From contig JAVYWK010000013.1 in the NCBI GenBank assembly GCA_038727095.1, positions 1-54,986 on the forward strand: DNA of 54,986 bases. The letters are read 5' to 3'. Within the stretch, counting starts at the first letter, position 1. Every line of letters begins with the position of its first letter. Source of the stretch: Thermofilaceae archaeon (GTDB taxonomy: Archaea; Thermoproteota; Thermoprotei; Thermofilales; Thermofilaceae). Shown here one piece after another: positions 19,050 to 27,338 of the stretch. Position numbers and translations under genes: made by a program. A model generated the notes under the pieces. The model saw only the letters and a list, made by a program, of their open reading frames with translations. It was not told the origin of the DNA and did no database searches.

Positions 19050-20864
19050 TCACCGGGCTGGGGGGAGCGGTGCTGCGGCTTCCGCGGTTTGGATGGCGTA
19101 GAGTCTCGCGTAGTGGCCGTTGCGCTTGAGGAGTTCCTCGTGGGTCCCTTCTTCCACGACTCTGCCGTCGTCGAGTACGATGATGTGGTTGGCTCTGACG
19201 ATTGTCTGCAGCCTGTGCGCGATGACTATGGTGGTTCTGCCCTTGGTGAGCTTCTCCAGGGCTTCCTGCAGCCTGGCCTCGGTGTGGGGGTCTACGCTGC
19301 TCGTCGCCTCGTCGAGGATCAGGATCCTCGGGTTGGCGATGAAGACCCGCAGGAACGAGACGAGCTGGCGCTGGCCGACCGACAGGTTCTTCCCGCCCTC
19401 GAGCACGGGCGTGTCGAGGCCCTGGGGCAGGCTCCTCAGGATGTCCTCGAGCCCGAGCGCTTTGACGGCCTTCTCCACGTCCTCTCTCGTGGCCCTTGGG
19501 TTGGCCAGCAGGATGTTGTCGAGCACGGTTCCGGAGATGAGGAAGGGCTCCTGGGGGATCATCAGTACCGCGCTCCGCAGGGCGCTCAGCCTGTACCTCG
19601 ATGCGTTCACGCCGTCGATGAGGATTTCGCCGCTCCAGGGCTCGTAGAACCTCATCAGCAGGTTCACGACCGTCGTCTTCCCGGCGCCCGTGTGGCCCAC
19701 CAGCGCTGCGAACTCGCCCGGCTTTACGCGGAAGCTCACGTTCTTCAGGACCGGCTGCCCCTCCTTGTAGCCGAACACGACGTTCCTGAACTCGATCTCG
19801 CCCAGCGTGGGCGGCTCCTCGACGTCCCCGCCCTCCCGCTCGGGCGGCCACTCCTCCAGGAAGATGAAGACCCTCTCCGCCGCGGCCATGACGGACTGGA
19901 GCGTGGTGAGGAACATGACGAGCATCCTGAGGGGCCTGAAGAAGCTGCTGAGGTAGCCGTAGAAGGAGACGAGCGTCCCGATCGTGGCCACCCCGGCCAT
20001 CACGAGGTGCCCGCCGTAGACGATGATCAGCACGGTGCCGAGCGCCTCGATCACCGCCATCGCGATGTTCATCGACGATGTGGCGGCCGCGGCCTGCACG
20101 TTGGCCCTCAGGTTCTCCTCGTTGATCCTCCTGAACTCCTCGATGTTCCTGCTCCTCCTGTAGGAGAAGGCTTGGACGACGGCGGCGCCCGCGACGTCCT
20201 GGGAGATCCTGCTCGTCACCTCGGCGATCTTCCTCCTCGTCTCCCTGTAGGCGCGCCTCGCCCTCCTCAGCACGACGGCGTTGGCGGCGGCGACGAGGGG
20301 GATCATCGCGTAGGCGACGAGGCTGAGGTGGGGGCTGAGGGCCCACATCATCAGGGCGGCGCCACCGATCGTGATGAAGTCGGCCACGACGTTGATGAGC
20401 CCCGCTGCGGCCGCGAAGCCGATGGTGTCGACGTCGTTGGTGATCCTAGACACGATCCTCCCGACGGGCTCCTCGGCGACCGCCGCCAGGCTGACGCGGT
20501 GGAGGTGCTGGTACATCCGGTTCCTCAGGTCGTAGGTGATCCTGTTCGCGAGGTACGATGAGGAGTAGTCGCCCACGAAGCCGGCGACGAGGCCGGCCGC
20601 GGTCAACCCGAGGAATACGAGGCTCCAGTGCGCCAGCGCGCCCAGGTTTGCCGCGACCGCGCTGTCGACGAGGAACTTCATAGCGAAGGGCGTGAGGATG
20701 GAGGTGGCGATCCTGACCACCACGGAGGCGGCGAGCAGAGCGAAGTACAGCTTGTAGGCGAGCGACAGCTTGACCAGCTTGGCGATGAGCACCCTGTCCG
20801 GGTACTTCCTCGCCGCCTTCTCCTCGTCCAGCCGCATGAAGAAGAAGGGTGGGGGTCCTCCCAT
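19050..20864 (-). CDS. ABC exporter subunit (TMD+NBD), consensus-site half of a TM287/288-like heterodimer
   Basis: Six-TM N-terminal domain; GHTGAGKTT, LSVGQRQ, ILDEATS and IAHR. Confidence 0.93.
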   Translation of the reverse strand: MGGPPPFFFMRLDEEKAARKYPDRVLIAKLVKLSLAYKLYFALLAASVVVRIATSILTPFAMKFLVDSAVAANLGALAHWSLVFLGLTAAGLVAGFVGDYSSSYLANRITYDLRNRMYQHLHRVSLAAVAEEPVGRIVSRITNDVDTIGFAAAAGLINVVADFITIGGAALMMWALSPHLSLVAYAMIPLVAAANAVVLRRARRAYRETRRKIAEVTSRISQDVAGAAVVQAFSYRRSRNIEEFRRINEENLRANVQAAAATSSMNIAMAVIEALGTVLIIVYGGHLVMAGVATIGTLVSFYGYLSSFFRPLRMLVMFLTTLQSVMAAAERVFIFLEEWPPEREGGDVEEPPTLGEIEFRNVVFGYKEGQPVLKNVSFRVKPGEFAALVGHTGAGKTTVVNLLMRFYEPWSGEILIDGVNASRYRLSALRSAVLMIPQEPFLISGTVLDNILLANPRATREDVEKAVKALGLEDILRSLPQGLDTPVLEGGKNLSVGQRQLVSFLRVFIANPRILILDEATSSVDPHTEARLQEALEKLTKGRTTIVIAHRLQTIVRANHIIVLDDGRVVEEGTHEELLKRNGHYARLYAIQTAEAAAPLPPAR

Positions 20865-20865
20865 C

Positions 20866-22629
20866 CTACCTCACCTGCGCCGCAGCCTCCCTGGCTAGGC
20901 TCCCGTAGAGCCTCGCGTAGTGGCCGTTGCGCTTGAGGAGATCCTCGTGCGTCCCCTCCTCCACCACCCTCCCGTCCTCGATCACGATGATCCGGTCGGC
21001 GAGCCTCATGGTGCTCGGCCTCTGCGTGATTAGGATGATCGTCTTCCCCCTGAAGTGCTTCGTGATCGCCTCGTAGATCGCCCTCTCTGTCTCGGCGTCC
21101 ACGCTGGAGAGGGAGTCGTCGAGGATGATGATCTTCGGGTCGATGAGCAGCGTGCGGGCGATCGCCAGCCTCTGCCGCTGGCCGCCCGAGAGGGTGACGC
21201 CCCGCTCGCCGACGGGCGTGTCGTAGCCCTGGGGCAGGCTGGCGATGAAGTCGTGGAGCATCGCCAGCTTAGCGGCTCTCTCGATCTCCTCCTGGGTGGC
21301 GTCGGGCTTCCCGTAGGCGATGTTGTTCCGTATCGTGTCGGGGAAGATGTAGATGTCCTGGTGGACGATCCCGATCTGCCTCCTCAGCGAGTCCAGCTTC
21401 ACATCCCTCACGTCCACGCCGTCTATCAGGATTTGGCCGCGCTGAGGGTCGTAGAACCTCGGGATCAGCTGGACCAGCGTGCTCTTCCCGCTGCCGGCGG
21501 GCCCAACGATCGCGACGATTTCGCCCGGCCTCACCTTGAAGCTGACCCCCTTGAGGACCCACTTCTCGTTGTCGTAGCTGAACCAGACGTCTCTCAGCTC
21601 AACCTCCCCCCTGCTGACCACGAGGGGGGTCGCGTTGGGCGACTCCTTCACTTCAGGCTCGATGCTGAGGATCTCGAAGACCCTCTTCGACGCGACCTTG
21701 GCGTACATGTAGTCCACGGTGAAGAAGCCGAAGAAGATGAAGGGCCACGTGATCATGCCGGCGTACATCGACATCGAGACGAGCATGCCGACGCTCAACT
21801 CGCCGGCTGCGACGAGCCCGCCGCCGGCCCAGAAGACGATCAGCGCGCTCAGGCTCGCGAGGAAGCCGACGAAGGGCCATGTGGAGGCCCTGAGCCGAGC
21901 CAGCTTCAGGTTCAAGCCGAGCATCTCGTCGTTGACCGCCTTGAAGCGGGGCCACAGGGTGGATAAGGCGTTCAAGGAGCGGACGACCTTCAGCCCGCTG
22001 GTCACCTCAGTCACGTGCGAGGTCATCCTGCCGTAAACCTCCCTCGAAGCTTCGAACAATGGTCTGGCGCGGCTGGCGAACCTCCTAACCAGGAGGTAGA
22101 CGAAGGGTAGGGGTGCGAGCGCGTAGAGCGCGAGCCTCGCGTTGATCGACGTCATGTAGTAGCCAGCTACTGCAAGCGTGAAAACGGCGCTCGCTAGACC
22201 GGAGAAGGCTGAAGCGAGGAAGCGGGAGATCACGTCTATGTCGCTCGTCGCCCGGGCGACCAGCTGGCCCGTGTCAATCCTCCTGTAGAAGCCGAGCGAG
22301 AGCTCCTGCAGGTGGGAGTAGACGTCGTTCCTCAAGTCGAAGGCGATACCCTGGGACAGGTACTGGGAGGTTACGCCGCTGAAGTAGGAGAGCACGCCCT
22401 GCGCTAGGATGAGCGCGACGATCGGTAGAGCGTAGGTGAGCAGCTTGTCGAACTCGCCAGCAGTGAGCGCGTTCAACGCCAAGCCGCCGAGGTAGGGGGC
22501 GCTCATGCCGAGTATCGATCCGATGAGCGCCAGCGCCAGTGAGGCGGCCGCCAGTTTCCAACGCTTGAACAGGTAGTTTTTCATCCCCGGGCTCCTGCCC
22601 GTTTTCGCGAAAACCCCGTCGCTGCTCAC
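20866..22629 (-). CDS. ABC exporter subunit (TMD+NBD), degenerate-site half of the heterodimer
   Basis: GPAGSGKST and LSGGQRQR, with the degenerate ILDDS (E to D) and ITQR (H to Q) typical of heterodimeric exporters. Confidence 0.93.
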   Translation of the reverse strand: MSSDGVFAKTGRSPGMKNYLFKRWKLAAASLALALIGSILGMSAPYLGGLALNALTAGEFDKLLTYALPIVALILAQGVLSYFSGVTSQYLSQGIAFDLRNDVYSHLQELSLGFYRRIDTGQLVARATSDIDVISRFLASAFSGLASAVFTLAVAGYYMTSINARLALYALAPLPFVYLLVRRFASRARPLFEASREVYGRMTSHVTEVTSGLKVVRSLNALSTLWPRFKAVNDEMLGLNLKLARLRASTWPFVGFLASLSALIVFWAGGGLVAAGELSVGMLVSMSMYAGMITWPFIFFGFFTVDYMYAKVASKRVFEILSIEPEVKESPNATPLVVSRGEVELRDVWFSYDNEKWVLKGVSFKVRPGEIVAIVGPAGSGKSTLVQLIPRFYDPQRGQILIDGVDVRDVKLDSLRRQIGIVHQDIYIFPDTIRNNIAYGKPDATQEEIERAAKLAMLHDFIASLPQGYDTPVGERGVTLSGGQRQRLAIARTLLIDPKIIILDDSLSSVDAETERAIYEAITKHFRGKTIILITQRPSTMRLADRIIVIEDGRVVEEGTHEDLLKRNGHYARLYGSLAREAAAQVR

Positions 22630-22736
22630 GGTACAACACCCTGTAGCGCTACAACCCTATGGGTTAATAAGCGCGATGATGCCATACATCTCGCGATTAC
22701 TATAAGAAACTTAGTTTATAAGGTTTTTTATTCCAT

Positions 22737-23633
22737 CTAGGCTCGACCCGTTTTCCCTCTGCTGAGCGGGGCTCCGGCCAGTGGTGCGAGTACCGCTACG
22801 GCTGCGACGAGGGCGTACCCGGCCAGCTGCACCAGCGGTGCTGCAGCGGAAACGGCCCTCGTGATAATCAGCGCGGCCAGCAGCGCTACAACGGCGGCTG
22901 CCGCTTTCGCCGGCAGAGGAGGCTTCTCCGGAATCTTCTGGCGGACCATCGGGTAGGCGGAGAGCCCGATTGTGACGCCCCCAACGCGGGCGTACACTAC
23001 GTCGAGGTGCAGGAGGTAGAGGAGGGATACGGCTGCACCGTACGCGGCGAGGAACAGCGACTGCTTCCAACGCTCCCACTTCTCTGACGCGCGGATCACC
23101 TGAAAGGCTGCGAGCGTTGAAGCTAAGCCCAGCAGGATGCCGCCCGCCACGTCGTGGGGGTAGTGGACCATGAGCTCGAGGCGCGAGTAGGAGACTAGCG
23201 CTACGATCACTGCGCCCAGTGCGGCGGCGTAGGCGTCCCGCAGCTTGAGGGCGATGGAGGACCAAAAGGCGGTGGATGTTTGAGCGTGGCCGCTGGGGAA
23301 GCCGTAGCCGCTCACCTCGATCTTCCAGAGCTCGCGCGGTGGCCTTGGGAGGGCTAGCGCGTTCTTCAGCAGCACGTTGGTCCACCCGCTCGTCATAAGG
23401 GAGAGGAGCGCGTAGAACCCGAGCTCGTGCGATACGAGGGTGTAGAGGAGGATGGAGAGGGCGACGTACGCCGGCTCATCACCCAGGTTTGTAACAGCGA
23501 CCCAGTAGGGATTCCACGCGCCGAGCGCGTACGCGAGCGCTGGGGATGCCAAGAGGGCTAGCGACGCGGCGAGGGCGGCCCACTCGAGGGTGCGCCTGTT
23601 CACGCGGGACCCCGCAGCTGGGCACCTATTCAA
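22737..23633 (-). CDS. PAP2-family membrane phosphatase
   Basis: K......RP, FPSGHA and SRL....HYPHDV..G motifs; start may be GTG near 23603. Confidence 0.9.
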   Translation of the reverse strand: MNRCPAAGSRVNRRTLEWAALAASLALLASPALAYALGAWNPYWVAVTNLGDEPAYVALSILLYTLVSHELGFYALLSLMTSGWTNVLLKNALALPRPPRELWKIEVSGYGFPSGHAQTSTAFWSSIALKLRDAYAAALGAVIVALVSYSRLELMVHYPHDVAGGILLGLASTLAAFQVIRASEKWERWKQSLFLAAYGAAVSLLYLLHLDVVYARVGGVTIGLSAYPMVRQKIPEKPPLPAKAAAAVVALLAALIITRAVSAAAPLVQLAGYALVAAVAVLAPLAGAPLSRGKTGRA

Positions 23634-23634
23634 T

Positions 23635-24276
23635 CTAACGTCGGACCCATCGTTGGCCGGCTAAGATGGACGCCAGCGCCGCGTCGATGGCGAGAAGAGC
23701 AGCGACAGCGCCCATGTCGAAGGGCAGGGTGTAGAACGCTGAGACCGCGTTGTATACCGCGTGGGCGGCGGCGGAGGAGAGGTAGCCGCCTTGATCAGCT
23801 ACGATGCCCAACGCGATTCCCAGCAGCATGAAGTGCGGGAACATTAGGGCGGATTCCACGAGCGAGACGGGGTCCGTCAGCCGCAGGTGCGCTAGAGCGA
23901 AGGCGAAGGCTTGCGGCACGATGCCGAGCCTCGGCTGCAGCACCCCTCTGAAGTAGAGCTCCTCAACCACCGCGGCGATAACCGATGAGAGGAGGGCGAG
24001 CATTGAGGGTTGGGATCTGCCGCCCGCCAGAGCGAGGGGGAGCTGCGCGAGCGCGAAGAGGGGAAGAGTTCGGTAGGTTGGGGTTGAGCGGTTGCTCGCA
24101 GCGCCGGTTTTCGATAGGATGTAGGCGGAGAAGGCGGCGAGCTGGAGGTACGAGAGCTCGGGTGAAGCGAAGTTTGCCAGTACGATGAAAGCCAGGTACG
24201 GCAACCAAACGTTCGTGGAATCCCCTTCGCAACGTTCGAGCGCTCCTCGCACAGCGGCTACCATTTGGGACGCCAC
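23635..24276 (-). CDS. CPBP (Abi/CAAX) intramembrane glutamic protease
   Basis: VEELYFRG, F..AH and AH..YN motifs. Confidence 0.88.
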   Translation of the reverse strand: MASQMVAAVRGALERCEGDSTNVWLPYLAFIVLANFASPELSYLQLAAFSAYILSKTGAASNRSTPTYRTLPLFALAQLPLALAGGRSQPSMLALLSSVIAAVVEELYFRGVLQPRLGIVPQAFAFALAHLRLTDPVSLVESALMFPHFMLLGIALGIVADQGGYLSSAAAHAVYNAVSAFYTLPFDMGAVAALLAIDAALASILAGQRWVRR

Positions 24277-24320
24277 CTTGAGCTGGGGAACATTTTTAGG
24301 GATGCTGGCGAACGCGTGGC

Positions 24321-24380
24321 AGGGTGCTGATACTACGGGGGTCTGACAGGTGAGGAGCTAGTCCCGACGGCTGAGACCCC
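24321..24380 (+). ncRNA. Candidate box C/D guide sRNA
   Basis: C-like GTGCTGA (24324), guide TACTACGGGGGT, D' CTGA (24343), C' TGAGGA (24351), guide GCTAGTCCCGACGG, D CTGA (24371) and a short GGG/CCC terminal stem; intergenic. The C box is non-canonical. Confidence 0.55.
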
Positions 24381-24445
24381 TCCTCCAGCGCACCGTATTC
24401 GGGGAAAGCCCGATAGGCAAATAACGAGTCGCTTCAGCCCCTCCC

Positions 24446-25267
24446 GTGGCATCTCTCCTGGAGATCGTTAGGGGTGCGGCGAGGGCCGGAGGCCTGGCCG
24501 CTCTGAGGGTTAGGGAGGAGGGGGGTTTGAGGGAGGTTAGAGTGGGTAGGGGCGGGGATGTTGCCCTAGCCGGCGATTTGGCGGCCGAGCGGGCGGTGCT
24601 GGAGTACATCGAGAGTACTTTGAGCGACTTCACGTTCATCTCGGAGGAGGTTGGCGAAGTTACGCGGGGTAGGGGTGGGGTCACCTTCGTTGTTGACCCG
24701 GTTGATGGGAGCAGGAACTACAAGCTGGGGATCCCCTTCTTCGCCACTTCAGTAGCCGCCGCGGAGGGGTCGACGCTCGACGACGTTGTGGCAGCAGCGA
24801 TCTACGCGCCGGCCCTGGGCCTCGAGCTGTACGCAGTGAAGGGAGGGGGCGCCTACCTCAACGGCCGAAGGCTCGCGGTCAAACGCACCGGCGACGGCCT
24901 CGTCGTCTCCGTGAACTCAACCCCTAAAGCGGGTGCTCTCCCCTTCGCCCTCATGCTGCTCCTGTCTCCCAAAGGGGCTGTGGTGAGGAACCTCGGTGCA
25001 GCGTGCCTCGAGCTATCCCTCGTTGCAGCCGGAGCCTTGGACGCGTACGTCGACCCGTGGTACGCCACCCGCCCCGTCGATTTAGCGGCAGCCACCCTGA
25101 TAGTTAGAGAGGCCGGCGCCCTCGTGAGCGCTAGGGGCAAGTTGGGCGAAACCCCCCGCCTGACGATCGACGAGAGGATCGCGCTCGTGGCAGCCGTAGA
25201 CGGGGAAACAATCGAAGTCGTCCTCAACGCTCTTCGAGCGCTCGGTTCAAGCGCTCTCTCTGGGTAA
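24446..25267 (+). CDS. suhB: Inositol monophosphatase / FBPase (SuhB family)
   Basis: SEE, VDPVDGS.NY, RNLGA and DLAA motifs. Confidence 0.88.
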   Translation: MASLLEIVRGAARAGGLAALRVREEGGLREVRVGRGGDVALAGDLAAERAVLEYIESTLSDFTFISEEVGEVTRGRGGVTFVVDPVDGSRNYKLGIPFFATSVAAAEGSTLDDVVAAAIYAPALGLELYAVKGGGAYLNGRRLAVKRTGDGLVVSVNSTPKAGALPFALMLLLSPKGAVVRNLGAACLELSLVAAGALDAYVDPWYATRPVDLAAATLIVREAGALVSARGKLGETPRLTIDERIALVAAVDGETIEVVLNALRALGSSALSG

Positions 25268-25342
25268 AGCATCCATCACGCCAGCGTGCGAGCTGGAGGG
25301 AGCATCTAAAGTAGATAGCTTTAAATAGAAGTATGTCAATTC

Positions 25343-25591
25343 GTGAGCGTGAGTAGGGTAAAGGTCACGAGAAGCTACCAGGTTACCCTCCCGAGGGATG
25401 TTCGAGAGGCCCTCGGCATCAAGGTCGGCGATTACCTTGAGGTTCGCGTGGATGAAAGGGGTAGGATAGTCATGGAGAAGGTGAGGAGGGAGAGGTTGAG
25501 GCTAGCAGCGGGTAGGAAGCTCACCCCCGAGGAGATCGATGAGGTGATCGCGAGGGGGCTGGGTGAGGCGTTTGCGGGAGGCGGTGATTGA
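25343..25591 (+). CDS. vapB: AbrB/MazE-type antitoxin (VapB)
   Basis: KVTRSYQVTLP..VRE.LGIK.GD.L AbrB signature; TTTAAATA box upstream. Confidence 0.9.
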   Translation: MSVSRVKVTRSYQVTLPRDVREALGIKVGDYLEVRVDERGRIVMEKVRRERLRLAAGRKLTPEEIDEVIARGLGEAFAGGGD

Positions 25592-25988
25592 CACAAACGT
25601 CCTCGTCTACGACACCTTCAGCGACTCCGTGTACCACGAGCAAGCCGCACAGCTGCTGGACAGCCTGGATTCCTGGGTGATACCATTAATCGTCATCTAC
25701 GAGCTCGTTTGGTTCCTAAAGGGGTTCTCGCTGGAGGCGCGAATCGTTCGCGAGAAGGTGCTGGATTACGCGGGCGACGAGAGGGCCGTTATCGCGTGCG
25801 AGGGTGTTGAGGGGGTTCGCTGGGCGCTCAACACGCTGGTTGAGGAGGGGGTGTCCGTTGCGCGCTTCAACGACAAGGTCGTGCTATCGGTTGCGGTACG
25901 AAGAGGGGTTCCGCTAGCAACTTTCGACGCAAGGTTGAGAAGGCAGGCCGAGAGGATGGGCATCGAGGTTCTACCGGAGACGGTGTAG
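25563..25988 (+). CDS. vapC: PIN-domain toxin (VapC)
   Basis: VIDTNVLV, E, D and LATFD acidic PIN motifs; overlaps the antitoxin. Start may be GTG at about 25584. Confidence 0.9.
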   Translation: MRRLREAVIDTNVLVYDTFSDSVYHEQAAQLLDSLDSWVIPLIVIYELVWFLKGFSLEARIVREKVLDYAGDERAVIACEGVEGVRWALNTLVEEGVSVARFNDKVVLSVAVRRGVPLATFDARLRRQAERMGIEVLPETV

Positions 25989-26103
25989 CGCGGCGCTGAT
26001 GCACCCTTGCCTTTGAGGGGGCACTTGCTAACCTTCTGCATCATTCAACGGGTCAGTTCCGGCTGCGGGCCTAACGTTTTAATCCGGCTTTGGAAGGTGT
26101 GCT

Positions 26104-27159
26104 GTGCCTCGGAGAACCTATAGGGTGGCTGTGCTTGGTGCTCGAGGTCTGGTAGGCCAGTGGTTCCTGAGGCTCTTGAGCGGCCACCCATGGTTCAGGC
26201 TGACGGCTGTGACGTCCCACGAGGCGGTAGGGCAGAGGTACAGTGAGGCGGTGAAGTGGCTCATTGGCGGCTCCGTGCCCCCCGAGTTCGGGGATCTGGA
26301 GCTGGTGGAGAGCGACCCGAGGAGGATTGACGCTGACATCGTGTTCTCGGCGTTGCCGACGGAGGCTGCTAGGAAGCTGGAGCCCGAGTTCGCGAGGGCC
26401 GGCTTCGTAGTGGTCAGCAAAGCGGCGGCTTTCCGCCTCGACGATAGGGTGCCGCTCGTTGTCCCCGAGATCAACCCCGAGCACCTCGAGCTGGTCAAGA
26501 GCCAGCGCGTGGAGTGGAGCGGCGCCATCGTGGCGGACCCCAACTGCACAACCACGATCCTCGCGCTACCGTTGAAGCCCATCCACGACGCCTACGGAGT
26601 TAAGAAGGTCGTCGTCACCACGCTGCAGGCGGCTTCGGGAGCGGGCTACCCGGGAGTCCCCTCCCTCGACCTGATCGACAACGTGGTGCCCTACATAGCT
26701 GGCGAGGAAGAGAAGGTGAGGGACGAGCTCCTCAAGATCATGGGCAAGCTCTCAGCCAGCAGGGTCGAGTGGGCCAGCATCGAGGTGGCCGCGACGTGCA
26801 CGAGGGTCCCCGTGCTAGACGGCCACCTCGAGAGCGTCTACGTGGAGACGGAGAGGGAGGTCAGCGTGGACGAAGCCGTCGAACTCCTCAGCCGGTTCGA
26901 GGGTAAGCCGCAGCAGATGAAGCTTCCAACAGCTCCGGAGAAGCCGATAGTCGTGCTAAGCGGGGTCGACCGGCCGCAACCCAGGCTCGACAGGATGGCG
27001 GGCAGCGTGCCGGGGATGAGCGTCGCGGTCGGCAGAGTGAGGAGGGGGGTGAACAGCAGGAGCCTCATGTTCCTCGCCCTCGGCCACAACCTGGTTCGAG
27101 GGGCTGCCGGGTCAGCGGTACTGCTCGCCGAGCTCCTAGCCGCTGAAGGCTACGTGTAA
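26104..27159 (+). CDS. asd: Aspartate-semialdehyde dehydrogenase (archaeal/fungal type)
   Basis: LGARGLVGQ, VPEINPEH, PNCTT catalytic Cys, QAASGAG, RVPVLDGH and GHNLVRGAAG. Confidence 0.88.
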   Translation: MPRRTYRVAVLGARGLVGQWFLRLLSGHPWFRLTAVTSHEAVGQRYSEAVKWLIGGSVPPEFGDLELVESDPRRIDADIVFSALPTEAARKLEPEFARAGFVVVSKAAAFRLDDRVPLVVPEINPEHLELVKSQRVEWSGAIVADPNCTTTILALPLKPIHDAYGVKKVVVTTLQAASGAGYPGVPSLDLIDNVVPYIAGEEEKVRDELLKIMGKLSASRVEWASIEVAATCTRVPVLDGHLESVYVETEREVSVDEAVELLSRFEGKPQQMKLPTAPEKPIVVLSGVDRPQPRLDRMAGSVPGMSVAVGRVRRGVNSRSLMFLALGHNLVRGAAGSAVLLAELLAAEGYV

Positions 27160-27338
27160 AACATCAGCTAGTTCAGCGTTTAGCAACTATTTTGCATCCA
27201 GTCATCCCGATAACCAGTGGTGCTTGGGTCGCATAACCCGGTGTGGGCGTTAAAGGTGCGGCGAGAATCTTCTAACATCGAGTTTCACGGTTTAGTATGG
27301 GGAGAAAACCTGAAAAATGATGATAATTGGAGTTGTCA

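Noticed and set aside
18847-21966. Long antisense or alternate-frame ORFs (18861..20561, 18847..20346, 21055..21966)
   Set aside because: Shadow ORFs of high-GC ABC genes with no motifs. The same applies to most short overlapping ORFs in the track.
25995-26046. Imperfect hairpin (TGATGCA...TGCATCA) after vapC as an H/ACA or C/D RNA
   Set aside because: It lacks a proper box arrangement or ACA tail, and the pairing is weak.
27160-27326. tRNA-like fragment (GGGTCGCATAACCC) in the asd-ATPase gap
   Set aside because: No T-loop GTTCRA and no cloverleaf; I found no tRNA or rRNA genes in the window.
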